From an uncultured bacterium (GTDB lineage: Bacteria; Patescibacteriota; Minisyncoccia; Phycocordibacterales; GWA1-40-21), in the NCBI GenBank assembly GCA_963840885.1, contig CAWJAN010000001.1, positions 181,356 through 245,355 of the forward strand: a stretch of 64,000 bases of DNA, given 5' to 3'. Positions 1 through 10,618 of the stretch are shown here, in pieces. The position numbers were made by a program, and so were the translations under genes. How positions within the stretch are numbered: the stretch's first letter is position 1; each line of letters starts with the position of its first letter. Under the pieces are notes generated by a model, which saw only the letters and a list, made by a program, of their open reading frames with translations, searched no databases and had not been told where the DNA came from.

Positions 1-157
1 CTCCCATCTGGCCGCTTTTTTCAACCATTTCTTTCCTTTTTTTGAGATCTGATTGAACGTCAAATTCCTCATAAGCCACTCCGTTGGCCTTAAAAAAAGC
101 CTTGGCTTCGCCGCAGTAATGGCATGTTGGCGTTGAATATATGGTTACCTTTTTCAT
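1..157 (-). CDS. Glutaredoxin/NrdH-like redoxin (partial, runs off window start)
   Basis: Manual translation MKKVTIYSTPTCHYCGEAKAFFKANGVAYEEFDV...SGQMG; CxxC glutaredoxin motif. Confidence 0.85.
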   Translation of the reverse strand, partial: MKKVTIYSTPTCHYCGEAKAFFKANGVAYEEFDVQSDLKKRKEMVEKSGQMG

Positions 158-201
158 ATCTTTTTAATTAAATGATTAACTTTGTTATTATACCATATCT
201 G

Positions 202-272
202 TGCGGGTGGCGGTAATCGAAACCGCGCCTCAACCTTGGGAAGGTCATATTCTGCCACTAAACTACACCCGC
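202..272 (-). tRNA. tRNA-Gly(CCC)
   Basis: Reverse complement GCGGGTGTAGTTTAGTGGCAGAA...TTCCCAA...GGTTTCGATTACCGCCACCCGCA forms a cloverleaf. Confidence 0.92.
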
Positions 273-274
273 TT

Positions 275-652
275 TTATTTGAACCAGTTTAATATACTCT
301 GCCAGAAACCGACATTTTGGGAAGAATTGCCGCTAGATGAAGCGTCATTTTGACCAACCACTACTACTACGGTTTCTCCGGGCTTTGCCACATCGAATTT
401 ACTTCTTATCTCCTCGTCTACGCCTGTATCCGTATTAAGCTTGGTTATTGCTGTGCCAAGCATGTCTTCCCTGCTTTTAAGACTATCGTACTGATTCTTT
501 ACTTCATCAAAACCTTCAGTGCTTATCTTCTCTTTCTGGTATATCTCATATGTGGCTTTAGCAAGTATGAATATAAGAACTAGCAAAATAACCAGTGCTG
601 TCTTAGAATATAGCATTTTCCTTACCTTTCGTTTTTGTTGAAAATCCAGCAT
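275..652 (-). CDS. Septum formation initiator (FtsB/DivIC family)
   Basis: N-terminal TM helix, coiled coil, EEIRSKFDVAKPGE motif. Confidence 0.75.
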   Translation of the reverse strand: MLDFQQKRKVRKMLYSKTALVILLVLIFILAKATYEIYQKEKISTEGFDEVKNQYDSLKSREDMLGTAITKLNTDTGVDEEIRSKFDVAKPGETVVVVVGQNDASSSGNSSQNVGFWQSILNWFK

Positions 653-715
653 TTTTATGTAATATTAAGAGATATACAAAAGTAATTTTATACGATTAAT
701 CGAAAAATAACAAAG

Positions 716-823
716 ATGCTTTTTCATAAAAAAACAAGAAAATACATAAACATAATTTGGTCTATAGTGGCGTTTCTCGTCATAATAAGCATGATAATAC
801 TCTATACTCCTTTCTGGAGATAA
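716..823 (+). CDS. Small single-TM protein, 35 aa (MLFHKKTRKYINIIWSIVAFLVIISMIILYTPFWR), below ORF-track cutoff
   Basis: ATG...TAA frame, basic N-terminus plus hydrophobic helix, followed by a hairpin terminator. Confidence 0.6.
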   Translation: MLFHKKTRKYINIIWSIVAFLVIISMIILYTPFWR

Positions 824-844
824 AGGTTTTCACGTACTGATTCT

Positions 845-874
845 AAAAAAGCGTGGCTCGTGCCCCGCTTTTTT
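845..874. terminator. Bidirectional intrinsic terminator between the small ORF and lepA
   Basis: AAAAAAGCGTGGC-TCGT-GCCCCGCTTTTTT. Confidence 0.6.
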
Positions 875-878
875 AGAA

Positions 879-2690
879 TCAGTCGTTTTTCATCATCTTG
901 AGAAACACGTCGTGATCTATGTTTACTCTTCCTCTTTCCTTCATCTTCTTTTTTCCTTTTTTCTGCTTTTCGCGCAGTTTCATTTTTCTTGTTATATCTC
1001 CGCCGTAAAGATAATCGGTAACGTCTTTTTTCATCGCCGACATGTGCTTTGAAGCGATTATCCTTCCCATTGCTTTGGCCTGGATTTTAAAACTGAACAT
1101 TTCCCTGGACATAACTTTTTCAAGCTTCTCCACCGCCTCTTCGCCTTCTTCCTGGACCCTTCTTCTTGCCACAATCCTTGTGAATGCGGCTACTGGCTCA
1201 TCGGCAACAAGTATTTCAAGCTTCACCACGTCTGCTTCCTTGCTTCCCATCATTTCATAAGAAATAGAAGCGTAACCGGATGTTATGCTTTTAAGCTCGT
1301 TGAAAAAATTCCTCATAAGCTCGCGAAGCGGCATTTCAAGCGTGAGCGATGTCCTGTTATCACCGAAACTTTCGGAATCTCCTATCACGGCTTCATGGTC
1401 GTAAAGCTGCTGCATTATTGCGCCTATGTATTGCTCCGGGGTGATGATCCTTACCCTTACCCATGGTTCCATGACTTTTTCTATAAGATAATCCTCAGGG
1501 AAAAGCGATGGGGAAAAAATCGTTTCTTTCTTTCCATTTTTGAAAGTTATTTCATAATTAATGCTTGGTGTAGTGACAATTAGCCTTAGATTGAATTCTC
1601 TTTTCAATCTTTCAACTATGATTTCAAGATGGAGCATCCCGAGGAAACCGCAGCGAAATCCCCTACCTAAAGTTCCTGATGTTTCTTCGTCATATGTAAA
1701 TGATGAATCGGAAAGCCTGAGCTTGCCTAATGCTAATTTGAGCATGGCGAAATCATCTGCGCCTTCAGGATAAATAGATGCCCAAACTACTGGTGAAGGC
1801 CTGAAATATCCGTGAAGCGGCGGCAAAGTATCGTTTATATATGCGATAGTGTCTCCTACCGATGCTATGTCCGATTCTTTTATTCCGGTCGTTATGTATC
1901 CTATTTCTCCGGCAGACAATGTCTCTTTTGGCACTTCTGAAGGAGAAAATATTCCCACTTCCGTTGCCGTAAAAGATTTTCCGGAAACCTTGAAAATGAG
2001 CTGCGTATTCTTTTTCGCTTCTCCGTTGAAAACCCTTACGAAAACCGTAACTCCGCTGTGATTTGAATATTTGAAATCAAAAACCAAAGCCCTGAAGGAT
2101 TTTTCGTCAATTTCCATCTTATAATTCTTTTCTCCTGATTCTCCTTTCGGTTCCGGAATCTTTTTTATTATCTCGTCCAAAAGCTCTCTCACCCCCTGTC
2201 CGGTTTTTCCGGAAACCTCGAGAATTTCGCTCTCATCTATTTTAAGAAGTTCGGCTATCTCTTCTTTTGTTTCCTTTATTCTTGCGAGAGGAGAATCTAT
2301 CTTGCTTATGACAGGAATTATTACCAAATCTGATTCTTTTGCCATATTAAGAGTAGTGAGCGTCTGCGCTTGCACGCCCTGCGTCGCATCAACAAGAAGA
2401 ATAGAGCCCTCAACGGCCTTAAGCGCGCGCGAAACCTCGTAAGAAAAATCTATGTGTCCTGGGGTATCTATCAGGTTCAATATGTATTCCTCGCCACAGT
2501 TTTTCCACTTCATCCTTACGGGCTGCATCTTTATCGTTATTCCTCTTTCTCTTTCAAGCTCCATGGAATCAAGCACCTGGTTCATCATCTTTCTCTTTTC
2601 TATGGTTCCGGTAATCTCAAGCATGCGGTCGGCTAAAGTCGACTTTCCATGGTCAATATGGGCTATAATGCTGAAATTTCGTATATTCAT
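879..2690 (-). CDS. lepA: Translation elongation factor 4 (LepA)
   Basis: [26 protein letters not shown]-terminal YGGDITRKMKL; start placed at MNIRNF. Confidence 0.97.
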   Translation of the reverse strand: MNIRNFSIIAHIDHGKSTLADRMLEITGTIEKRKMMNQVLDSMELERERGITIKMQPVRMKWKNCGEEYILNLIDTPGHIDFSYEVSRALKAVEGSILLVDATQGVQAQTLTTLNMAKESDLVIIPVISKIDSPLARIKETKEEIAELLKIDESEILEVSGKTGQGVRELLDEIIKKIPEPKGESGEKNYKMEIDEKSFRALVFDFKYSNHSGVTVFVRVFNGEAKKNTQLIFKVSGKSFTATEVGIFSPSEVPKETLSAGEIGYITTGIKESDIASVGDTIAYINDTLPPLHGYFRPSPVVWASIYPEGADDFAMLKLALGKLRLSDSSFTYDEETSGTLGRGFRCGFLGMLHLEIIVERLKREFNLRLIVTTPSINYEITFKNGKKETIFSPSLFPEDYLIEKVMEPWVRVRIITPEQYIGAIMQQLYDHEAVIGDSESFGDNRTSLTLEMPLRELMRNFFNELKSITSGYASISYEMMGSKEADVVKLEILVADEPVAAFTRIVARRRVQEEGEEAVEKLEKVMSREMFSFKIQAKAMGRIIASKHMSAMKKDVTDYLYGGDITRKMKLREKQKKGKKKMKERGRVNIDHDVFLKMMKND

Positions 2691-2776
2691 CAGTTCGAAT
2701 AGTAGCAAAAAACTGGTAAAAATAAAGCTTATTTTTCATTGAAAAAAAATCTTAAAATGATATTATGCTTTGTGTT

Positions 2777-2860
2777 GCGCAGGTGGCGGAGTGGTCAATC
2801 GCAATTGACTGTAAATCAATCGCCCATTGGGCTACGTAGGTTCAAATCCTACCCTGCGCA
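2777..2860 (+). tRNA. tRNA-Tyr(GTA)
   Basis: Anticodon arm ATTGA-CTGTAAA-TCAAT, long variable arm, GGTTCAAATCC. Confidence 0.93.
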
Positions 2861-2902
2861 CAAAAAATAAAAACCCGAAAGGGTTTTTATTTTTTGTGCG
2901 CA
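2855..2902. terminator. 22-bp perfect hairpin, bidirectional terminator, overlapping tRNA-Tyr 3' end
   Basis: TGCGCACAAAAAATAAAAACCC-GAAA-GGGTTTTTATTTTTTGTGCGCA. Confidence 0.8.
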
Positions 2903-2921
2903 TAAGTCTTGTCTTTTGCTC

Positions 2922-5630
2922 TTAATTTTTAGATTCGAAAACGTCTTCGGAAATAAGATTCATGTTTTCTATTTCCCTTTCTATTATCGAGCCTCTTCTG
3001 CCTTTTTTTACTTCGAATGTAAGCTCATACCCCTTGGTTCCTATGGCAACAGATCCTCCTTTCACAATTCCTCCGGAAATTATCAGGGAAGAGATCGGAT
3101 TCAAAATCCTGTCCTGTATGAGCCTTTTCAGCGGCCTTGCTCCGTATTGCGGATTATAGCCTTCCTTGGCCAGATAATCGGATGCTTTGTCTGAAATATC
3201 CAAAGTTATTTCTTTAATGGAAAGCCTTTCTCTAACCTGTGCGATTTGTATGTCTACAATTTTTCTCACGGCTTCATGGCTGAGTATGTCGAATACTATG
3301 ATTTCATCGAGTCGATTCAGGAATTCCGGCCTGAAATGATCTTTCAGCGATGCCATGACTTTTTCCTTGATTGTATTGTATTCTGAAACTTTTTCCTTCG
3401 ATGTCGTGAATCCTATCTGCTCCATCTTGTCTATGAATTGAGCGCCTATATTGGATGTCATTATAATAACTGTATTTTTGAAATTCACTACCCTGCCTTT
3501 AGAATCCGTAAGCCTTCCGTTGTCGAGCACCTGCAGAAGAAGATTGAATACTTCCGGATGCGCCTTTTCGATTTCATCGAACAGGACAACGGAGTATGGC
3601 CTGTGCCTGACGGTTTCGGTCAGAGTTCCACCTTCTTCGTATCCCACGTATCCTGGCGGAGATCCTATGAGCTTCGATGTCGAATGCTTTTCCATAAACT
3701 CTGACATATCTACTCTTACCAATGCTTTGTCGTCATCAAAAAGGAATTCGGTAAGAGCTTTTGTGAGTTCTGTTTTTCCTACGCCGGTCGGTCCAAGAAA
3801 TATGAACGAGCCTATAGGCCTGTTGGGATCGCTGATTCCAGCCCTCGATCTTTTTATCGTATCGGAAATTTTCCTAACGGCTTCATCCTGTCCTATGATT
3901 CTTTTCCTGATCTCCTCTTCCATCCTGACAAGCTTATTTGCTTCAGATTCAAGCATTCTCGACACAGGAATACCTGTCCACTTTGAAACTACGGTGGCTA
4001 TGTCTTCTTCGTTTATTTCTTCTTTAAGGATTCTTCTTGATATCTGAAGTTTTTTTAATTTTTTAAGTTTCAAATCAAGATCTTTTTCCGCCTGAGGAAT
4101 CTTTCCGTATCTTATCTCGGCTGCCTTTGACAAATCTGCCCGTATTTCGGCATTATCTGCATCGATTCTAAATATTTCAAGCTGTTTTTTAAGATCCTTT
4201 ATTCCTGAAAGTATCTCTTTTTCAGTTGTCCAGCGCAGCTCCACATCTTTTGTCTTTTCTTTAAGGTCAGCGATTTCTTTTTCTATCACGTCCACTCTTT
4301 TCTTCGTCTCTTTCTTTTTTTCTCCGTCCATTTCCTTTTTAAGCGCTTCTTTTTCTATTTCCAGGCGCATAACCCTTCTTCTGGCTTCTTCAAGCACCGG
4401 CGGCATATTTTCAAGAGAAATTTTAAGCATCGATGACGCTTCGTCTATGAGGTCTACGGCTTTGTCGGGCAAAAACCTGTCCGTTATATATCTCGAGCTC
4501 AGATTAACCGCGGCCAAAATGGCGTCATCAGTAATCCTGACCCCGTGATACAGTTCGTATTTTTCCTTGAGTCCGCGCAAAATCGCTATAGCATCATCTA
4601 TGGACGGCTCACTGACGAGAACTGGCTGGAATCTCCTGGTAAGCGCTGAGTCCTTCTCTATCTTCTGGTATTCCTTTAGCGTAGTTGAACCTATAGTCCT
4701 GAGCTCGCCTCTTGCAAGGGCTGGCTTCAGCATATTCGACGCATCCATGGAACCCTCAGCGCTTCCGGCTCCAACTATGGTATGTATTTCATCTATGAAA
4801 AGTATCAGCTTGCCGTCAGATTTTTCTATTTCCTTAACTATTGCTTTCAGCCTTTCCTCAAACTCCCCCCGGTATTTTGTGCCTGCAATCAAGAGGCCAA
4901 GATCCAAAGAAACCAATTCTTTGTCTTTCAGTGATTCCGGAACATCTCCGGAAGCTATCCGTGCGGCAAGACCTTCCACTATTGCTGTTTTTCCCACGCC
5001 TGCTTCTCCTATGAGTATAGGATTATTTTTCGTCCTTCTAGAAAGTATTTGTATTATTCTTGAAATCTCTACGTCCCTTCCTATTACGGGATCCAGCTTG
5101 TTGTCGCGGGCCAGCTTGGTCATGTTTCTGGTATATTTCAAAATCGCTCGGTATTTTTTCGGCTGGCTTGTTTCATCTCCTTTCAAAGTTTTCAATTCCG
5201 ACAGGATTTTCAATATAGTTGCCTTGTCTATCTTGAATTTTACGAGCATATCCCGTGCCGAAGACGGCGCATCCGTTATGGCAAGAAAAAGATGTTCGGT
5301 TGAAATAAATTCGTCTTTCAAATCACTTGCTTCCCTGCCGGAAAGGTCTAGAATCTGCGCAAGCTCGGGAGTCAGGTAAATCTGATGCGGGCTCGAAAGC
5401 GTCGTGCCAGAACTTGATGATTCGATCATTTCTATAATGGTATCGGTAAACAATACTATGTCGATATCAAGCCTATCCAATATCGAGGAGACTACCGATT
5501 CTTCCTGAAGGATAAGTGCGGCAAGCAAATGCAAAGGATTGACGTGGTTTTGTCCGCGCTCTATTGCAAGCTCATGAGCTCTCCTTATGGCTTCTTTTGC
5601 TTTTGTGGTGAAATTATTGAATGGGGGCAT
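2922..5630 (-). CDS. clpB: ATP-dependent chaperone ClpB
   Basis: Clp N-domain, two AAA+ modules ([16 protein letters not shown]), long coiled-coil M domain. Confidence 0.93.
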   Translation of the reverse strand: MPPFNNFTTKAKEAIRRAHELAIERGQNHVNPLHLLAALILQEESVVSSILDRLDIDIVLFTDTIIEMIESSSSGTTLSSPHQIYLTPELAQILDLSGREASDLKDEFISTEHLFLAITDAPSSARDMLVKFKIDKATILKILSELKTLKGDETSQPKKYRAILKYTRNMTKLARDNKLDPVIGRDVEISRIIQILSRRTKNNPILIGEAGVGKTAIVEGLAARIASGDVPESLKDKELVSLDLGLLIAGTKYRGEFEERLKAIVKEIEKSDGKLILFIDEIHTIVGAGSAEGSMDASNMLKPALARGELRTIGSTTLKEYQKIEKDSALTRRFQPVLVSEPSIDDAIAILRGLKEKYELYHGVRITDDAILAAVNLSSRYITDRFLPDKAVDLIDEASSMLKISLENMPPVLEEARRRVMRLEIEKEALKKEMDGEKKKETKKRVDVIEKEIADLKEKTKDVELRWTTEKEILSGIKDLKKQLEIFRIDADNAEIRADLSKAAEIRYGKIPQAEKDLDLKLKKLKKLQISRRILKEEINEEDIATVVSKWTGIPVSRMLESEANKLVRMEEEIRKRIIGQDEAVRKISDTIKRSRAGISDPNRPIGSFIFLGPTGVGKTELTKALTEFLFDDDKALVRVDMSEFMEKHSTSKLIGSPPGYVGYEEGGTLTETVRHRPYSVVLFDEIEKAHPEVFNLLLQVLDNGRLTDSKGRVVNFKNTVIIMTSNIGAQFIDKMEQIGFTTSKEKVSEYNTIKEKVMASLKDHFRPEFLNRLDEIIVFDILSHEAVRKIVDIQIAQVRERLSIKEITLDISDKASDYLAKEGYNPQYGARPLKRLIQDRILNPISSLIISGGIVKGGSVAIGTKGYELTFEVKKGRRGSIIEREIENMNLISEDVFESKN

Positions 5631-5724
5631 ATATTTTTAAGTTTAAGGCAAAAATCAAAATTGTAAAACCAATCGTGAAAGAAGATTATAGATACGGCTT
5701 TAAAAAAGTCAAACTAGCCTTATT

Positions 5725-6606
5725 TTACTGGTTATTTGAGGAAGTTGCGATGGCATCAAGCGCATCTTGTATATCGCTTGCAGGAGCAAAAAGATCATTT
5801 TGGGCACTGCTTAGATATGTGGTTTTTATTCCCACTAAATCGCCGGAAAGATCGAGAAGTATGGATCCGGGAACAAAATTTTGCGACACGGAAGTTTCTA
5901 TGTAGCTTAGCGCTGGGGCCGTCGAATCGGTGCTTGAAACCTGGCCGGCATCTTTAGTTCCAATAGATGAGACTATTCCTGTGGCAACAGTATTTTTTGA
6001 ACTTCCGCCTATATATACTACTGATTGGCCGAGCTTTACATCCTCGCTTGATAAATTTGCCTTAACAAAAGGAGTGGATGAGCTTGTATCCGGCTTAATT
6101 TTAAGCAGAGCGATCTGCTCGCCGGAAACGGAGCGCAATATGGAAATTTCGTGAAGCTGTCCGTCATCTGTCGGTGTAAAATATCTTCCACTATCCTTCG
6201 TTATTATATTCTCATCAGTTGCTATTATTCCGTCATCAGTAACTACGACTCCGAGGCCAACAAGATTCATGGAGCTTAAGCCGAGCGACGGATCGCTATT
6301 GGTCCTGTATAACCTGACCAGGCTTTTGGTATTCTTATCGACTGCGCTAACAACTGCGTCGTCGGAATTAACTATGACCGTCTCTTTCACTATTTGTTGT
6401 CCTGTATTTGAAGTTGATGTGGCCGGTTGAGATACTATTTTTTCTACAGTTGTCTGAACCACCCTGTTTATCGTTTGCGTCACGCCCACTGGAGCTTGAT
6501 TCATGAGAGCAACAGCGACTATTCCGGTAGCCATGGAAGTAACGAAGCTTACGAGAAGCGTAAGTAATACTATTTGGTGTCTAGTTAGGTTTTCCATATA
6601 TTTCAC
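5725..6606 (-). CDS. Membrane-anchored trypsin/HtrA-like domain protein, catalytic triad apparently degenerate
   Basis: GLGVVVTDDGIIATD, IALLKI, VKLGQSVV, LDLSGDLVGI follow the S1C pattern; His/Asp/Ser not evident. Confidence 0.7.
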   Translation of the reverse strand: MKYMENLTRHQIVLLTLLVSFVTSMATGIVAVALMNQAPVGVTQTINRVVQTTVEKIVSQPATSTSNTGQQIVKETVIVNSDDAVVSAVDKNTKSLVRLYRTNSDPSLGLSSMNLVGLGVVVTDDGIIATDENIITKDSGRYFTPTDDGQLHEISILRSVSGEQIALLKIKPDTSSSTPFVKANLSSEDVKLGQSVVYIGGSSKNTVATGIVSSIGTKDAGQVSSTDSTAPALSYIETSVSQNFVPGSILLDLSGDLVGIKTTYLSSAQNDLFAPASDIQDALDAIATSSNNQ

Positions 6607-6628
6607 TGAATAATATGATAAAAAACCG

Positions 6629-7813
6629 CTACTTGCAAATGCCTGAGAGTTTTTTCAAAAGATACTCAATGTTGGAATTTTTTGTCGCGCGGCCCATTGA
6701 AATCCTGAGAGTGGATTTGACCCTCAAATTGATCTCTTCTTTTGTGGCATCGGTCTTTTCAGCTATATTCCTAACTACATAAGATTCCTCCTCCCCACTT
6801 GTGCAGGCGCTTGCCGAAGAAACTATGATTCCGGCCTCATCAAGCCGCAGCACGAGCATTTCCCCGTCTTCCCCAGGAATTGAAATGTCGATATTGTTTG
6901 GCAAGCGATTCTCCGAACAGCCGTTTATAATCACTCGCAGAATAATATTAATTATCTGGCTAAAAAAATAATCTCTTATTTTTGAAAGCCTTGCTGATTC
7001 TTTTTCTTTTAGTTTTTCAGTTATTCTTAAGGCTTCGGCAAATCCGACTATCAAAGGAATGTTTTCGGTGCCGCTGCGCAGACTGTTTTCCTGGCCTCCG
7101 CCGAAAATAACCGGTGAAATTTTTACGCCATCCCTCACATATAATGCGCCTATTCCTTTTGGCCCATAAATCTTCTGAGCATCTATGGTTATGAAATCCG
7201 CACCAAGTTCTTCGGCATTCATGTTCAAATATTGCGCAGCTTGAGACGCATCGATATGAAAATACGGGTAATCTACTCTTTCCACGCCAAAATCTTTTCT
7301 CTTGTGCCTTATTTCCTTTATGATTTCCCTTACCGGCTGGATAACCCCTATTTCTCCGTTTGCATATCCAACCGAAATCAAAACGGTCTCGGGTCTTACC
7401 ATTTCCCTAAGATCTTTCGGATTTACAAGGCCATATTCATCAACCTTAAGGTAATCGACTTCGCATCCTTCCTTCTCAAGTTCTTTGAAGCATTCGAGCA
7501 CTGAGCTATGTTCTATTTCGGTAGTTATAAAATGGGCTTTTTTGTTGCTTTCAAGGAAATGCCTTGCTGAGCCGAGAATGGCAAGATTATTTGCTTCTGT
7601 TCCTCCTGAAGTGAATATTATCTCCCTGGAATGTGCATTCAGAAAATCCGCGACGGTCTTTCTGGCCTCTGCCATTGCCTTTTTTGCCGATACGCCAAGA
7701 GAATGGATCGAGCTCGGATTGCCGAAATCATCGCTCCAAAAACCTTTCATTGCTTTGACTACCTTCTTCTCGCAAGGCGTGGTAGCGGAATAATCCAGGT
7801 ATATCTTTTTCAT
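6629..7813 (-). CDS. iscS: Cysteine desulfurase (IscS/NifS family)
   Basis: IYLDYSATTP, FTSGGTEANN, QKIYGPKGIG, SSASACTS; upstream alternative start at 7843. Confidence 0.92.
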   Translation of the reverse strand: MKKIYLDYSATTPCEKKVVKAMKGFWSDDFGNPSSIHSLGVSAKKAMAEARKTVADFLNAHSREIIFTSGGTEANNLAILGSARHFLESNKKAHFITTEIEHSSVLECFKELEKEGCEVDYLKVDEYGLVNPKDLREMVRPETVLISVGYANGEIGVIQPVREIIKEIRHKRKDFGVERVDYPYFHIDASQAAQYLNMNAEELGADFITIDAQKIYGPKGIGALYVRDGVKISPVIFGGGQENSLRSGTENIPLIVGFAEALRITEKLKEKESARLSKIRDYFFSQIINIILRVIINGCSENRLPNNIDISIPGEDGEMLVLRLDEAGIIVSSASACTSGEEESYVVRNIAEKTDATKEEINLRVKSTLRISMGRATKNSNIEYLLKKLSGICK

Positions 7814-7931
7814 GAGAAAAACTATAGCAACTGGAGCGGACATTTACAATCTGACGGACTTTGAACAAAAATATAAAAAATGTATAATGCATCTGTTAAA
7901 TAATTAGCAAAAAAATAATAACTCTGAATAA

Positions 7932-8393
7932 ATGTCTTACGATATGTATACGATAATTGGGACAATTGCGGTAATAGTGCTTCTAATAATCTGGGTCATG
8001 ATCCTAGAAATGAAACTGAAAAAACTTCTTGGCAGAAAAAGCGGAACGCTCGATGATGCTCTTGATAATCTCAGAAAGGATGTGGAGTACCTGAAAAAAT
8101 ATTCTGAGAAATCTTCGGATAAATTCGATATCATAGAAAAAAGACTGGCAAAAACAGTATCGGGAAATGAAACGATCCGATTCAACCCGTTCAAAGGAGA
8201 CGGTTCCGGCGGAAACCAGAGCTTCGCCACGGCTCTTATAAACAGCACAGGTGACGGAGTTATAATATCAAGCATTTATTCAAGAGACAGGATGAGCGTT
8301 TTCGCTAAGCCAATAAAAAATATGCGTTCGGAATACGAACTTACTGACGAGGAAAAAGAAATTCTGAAAAAAGCGAAAGACAGCCTTTTATAA
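7932..8393 (+). CDS. DUF4446-family membrane protein
   Basis: N-terminal TM, coiled coil, RFNPF...GGNQSF...Y SR...KPI...ELTDEE pattern. Confidence 0.75.
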   Translation: MSYDMYTIIGTIAVIVLLIIWVMILEMKLKKLLGRKSGTLDDALDNLRKDVEYLKKYSEKSSDKFDIIEKRLAKTVSGNETIRFNPFKGDGSGGNQSFATALINSTGDGVIISSIYSRDRMSVFAKPIKNMRSEYELTDEEKEILKKAKDSLL

Positions 8394-8403
8394 ATAAAAA
8401 TTG

Positions 8404-8437
8404 AGCGGCGCAGGCCTTCGGCCTGCGCCGCTTTTTT
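8404..8437 (+). terminator. Intrinsic terminator
   Basis: AGCGGCGCAGGC-CTTCG-GCCTGCGCCGCT followed by T-run. Confidence 0.85.
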
Positions 8438-8518
8438 ATTTTTAATTTCGTGTTATATTGGAAATATAAAAAACTGCGATGGAACAAATGCCATCTTTTT
8501 TAATTCCAAAAGAAAAAT

Positions 8519-10051
8519 ATGCCAAACAATGCCTCAAAAAGCATAGTGAAGCGTCCTACCATTGTCTGTATAATGGGGCATATTGATCATGGAAAATCCA
8601 CTCTCCTCGACTATATAAGAAAAACCAATATCGTAGATACGGAAGCCGGCGGAATCACCCAGCGTATTTCGGCTTATGAAGTAGTGCATAAAACTCCGCA
8701 AGGCAAGGAAGAAAAAATAACGTTCCTGGATACTCCCGGACATGAAGCATTCGGAACAATGAGGGTCTCTGGAACGAGCGTATCGGATATAGCCGTGCTT
8801 GTAGTTTCAGCGGAAGAAGGAGTGAAAAAACAGACTATGGAAGCATGGAAAGCCATAGAAAATGCGGGCATACCCTACATAGTCGCAATCAATAAGATAG
8901 ACAAGCCTGGAGCAAACGTAGAGAAGACAAAAAACAGCCTTGTTGAAAACGGAATTTATATAGAAGGATACGGAGGAAATGTCCCATCCGTGGTAATTTC
9001 CGCAAAAACAGGGCAAGGCGTTCCTGAACTCTTGGATATGATACTTTTGGTTGCCGAAATATCAGAACTCAAAGGAGATGCTGAAAAGCTTGCGGAAGGG
9101 ATAGTCATGGAAGCTCATCTCGACAAGCAGAAAGGGATTACGGCAGTTCTTATAATAAAAAACGGCTCGTTAAAAACAGGAATGTACGTGACCTCCGGAG
9201 GAGCTGTTGCTCCGACAAGGATAATGGAAAATTTTCTGAGTAAAAAGATAACCGAGGCCTCATTCTCTTCCCCTGTCCGCATAATAGGATTTGACAAGAT
9301 GCCTGAGGTCGGAAAGCCGTTTAAAACATTCTTAAGCAAAAAAGAAGCTGAGGCTTATATAGAAGAAGAGATGGATAAGGTTATCAAGGAGCCGGCCAAA
9401 AAACAGGAAAATCCTGAAGAAAATCCGGATGAAGTGGTTGTTAGAATAATGATACGAGCTCAAGTTGCCGGTGCTATACCGGCAATAGAGCACGAGATAA
9501 ACAAGGTCATAAATGACCCTGAAGTATTTGGAAAAATAAAAATTAAGATTGTCGGTTCTGGAATCGGAAATATAACCGAAAATGACGTTAAGCTGGCTTC
9601 GGGAAGAAATCCGGCAGCTATAGTAGGATTTGATGTGGAAACAGATTCTCCGGCAAAAACCCTTGCGGAAAGACTTGGAGTAGATATAAGGACATTTGAT
9701 ATAATTTACAAGATATCCGAATGGATAAAAGAAGAAGCTGTTAAAAAAATACCTAAACAAATGATAGAAGAGATTGTAGCGGAAGCAAAGATACTGAAAG
9801 TTTTCAGTTCAATGAAAGACAAATACGTAATCGGCGTAAGAGCCGAGAAAGGATTCATTTCAGTCGGACAAGAAGCCAAGATAATAAGGAAAGACGAGGA
9901 AATAGGAATAGGAAAGATAAAAGACTTGGAGAGAGATAGGACAAAAGTAAGCGAGGTTAAAGAAGGCATGGAATTCGGCTGCCAGTTCAAATCGGATATA
10001 GTTCCTGCCGCCGGAGACAAGCTTAGAATTACAAGGATTGTGGAAAAATAA
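8519..10051 (+). CDS. infB: Translation initiation factor IF-2 (short form, no N-terminal domain)
   Basis: [28 protein letters not shown]; followed by rbfA. Confidence 0.95.
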   Translation: MPNNASKSIVKRPTIVCIMGHIDHGKSTLLDYIRKTNIVDTEAGGITQRISAYEVVHKTPQGKEEKITFLDTPGHEAFGTMRVSGTSVSDIAVLVVSAEEGVKKQTMEAWKAIENAGIPYIVAINKIDKPGANVEKTKNSLVENGIYIEGYGGNVPSVVISAKTGQGVPELLDMILLVAEISELKGDAEKLAEGIVMEAHLDKQKGITAVLIIKNGSLKTGMYVTSGGAVAPTRIMENFLSKKITEASFSSPVRIIGFDKMPEVGKPFKTFLSKKEAEAYIEEEMDKVIKEPAKKQENPEENPDEVVVRIMIRAQVAGAIPAIEHEINKVINDPEVFGKIKIKIVGSGIGNITENDVKLASGRNPAAIVGFDVETDSPAKTLAERLGVDIRTFDIIYKISEWIKEEAVKKIPKQMIEEIVAEAKILKVFSSMKDKYVIGVRAEKGFISVGQEAKIIRKDEEIGIGKIKDLERDRTKVSEVKEGMEFGCQFKSDIVPAAGDKLRITRIVEK

Positions 10052-10054
10052 GCC

Positions 10055-10381
10055 ATGTCAGAAACAAGAGACGAAAAAATAATAAAAATCATCAAGATAG
10101 CGGCTGCAAATTTTCTTGAAAGAGAGTCGAATGGATCATCCCTAATAACCGTAACGGACGTCAAACTTTCAAACGACGGCAAATATGCTACGATATTGTT
10201 TACTGTTTTGCCGGAAGACAAGCAGGATGCCGCTCTTGAATTTGCCAAAAGAATGCGCAGCGAATTCAAGGATTACATAAAGAAAAATACCAAGATCGGC
10301 ATTATTCCCATGTTTGATTTCGCCATAGACCTCGGCGAAAAACATAGGCAGAGGATAGACGAGATTTCTTCAAAAATATAA
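10055..10381 (+). CDS. rbfA: Ribosome-binding factor A
   Basis: ITVTDVKLSND..A pattern, P.F.F..D motif, synteny with infB. Confidence 0.88.
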   Translation: MSETRDEKIIKIIKIAAANFLERESNGSSLITVTDVKLSNDGKYATILFTVLPEDKQDAALEFAKRMRSEFKDYIKKNTKIGIIPMFDFAIDLGEKHRQRIDEISSKI

Positions 10382-10456
10382 GGCCCAGTAGCCAAGTGGT
10401 AAGGCAGAGATCTGCAAAATCTCTATGCGGCGGTTCAATTCCGCCCTGGGCCTCCA
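10382..10456 (+). tRNA. tRNA-Cys(GCA)
   Basis: GGCCCAGTAGCCAAGTGGTAAGGC...CTGCAAA...GGTTCAATTCC...GGGCCTCCA. Confidence 0.93.
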
Positions 10457-10486
10457 GAATTTTACAAAGTAAAATTCGGCGGAATT

Positions 10487-10568
10487 GCCCGGGTGGTGGA
10501 ATTGGTATACACGCACGACTTAAAATCGTGTCTCGAAAGAGATGTGGGTTCGATGCCCACCCCGGGCA
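10487..10568 (+). tRNA. tRNA-Leu(TAA)
   Basis: Anticodon arm CACGA-CTTAAAA-TCGTG, long variable arm. Confidence 0.92.
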
Positions 10569-10618
10569 CATATTATAAAACCCGGCTTTAAACCAGGTTT
10601 TAATTTTATACCTCCCTT

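Noticed and set aside
879-2690. Alternative genetic code (TGA=Gly, as in Gracilibacteria/SR1)
   Set aside because: Conserved genes are intact in the standard code, and lepA, gatC and pgsA end in TGA at expected positions.
4567-5379. Long antisense ORFs (e.g. 4567-5379, 3451-4047, 49736-50434, 57221-58069)
   Set aside because: They shadow well-supported genes on the opposite strand and show no motifs or RBS.
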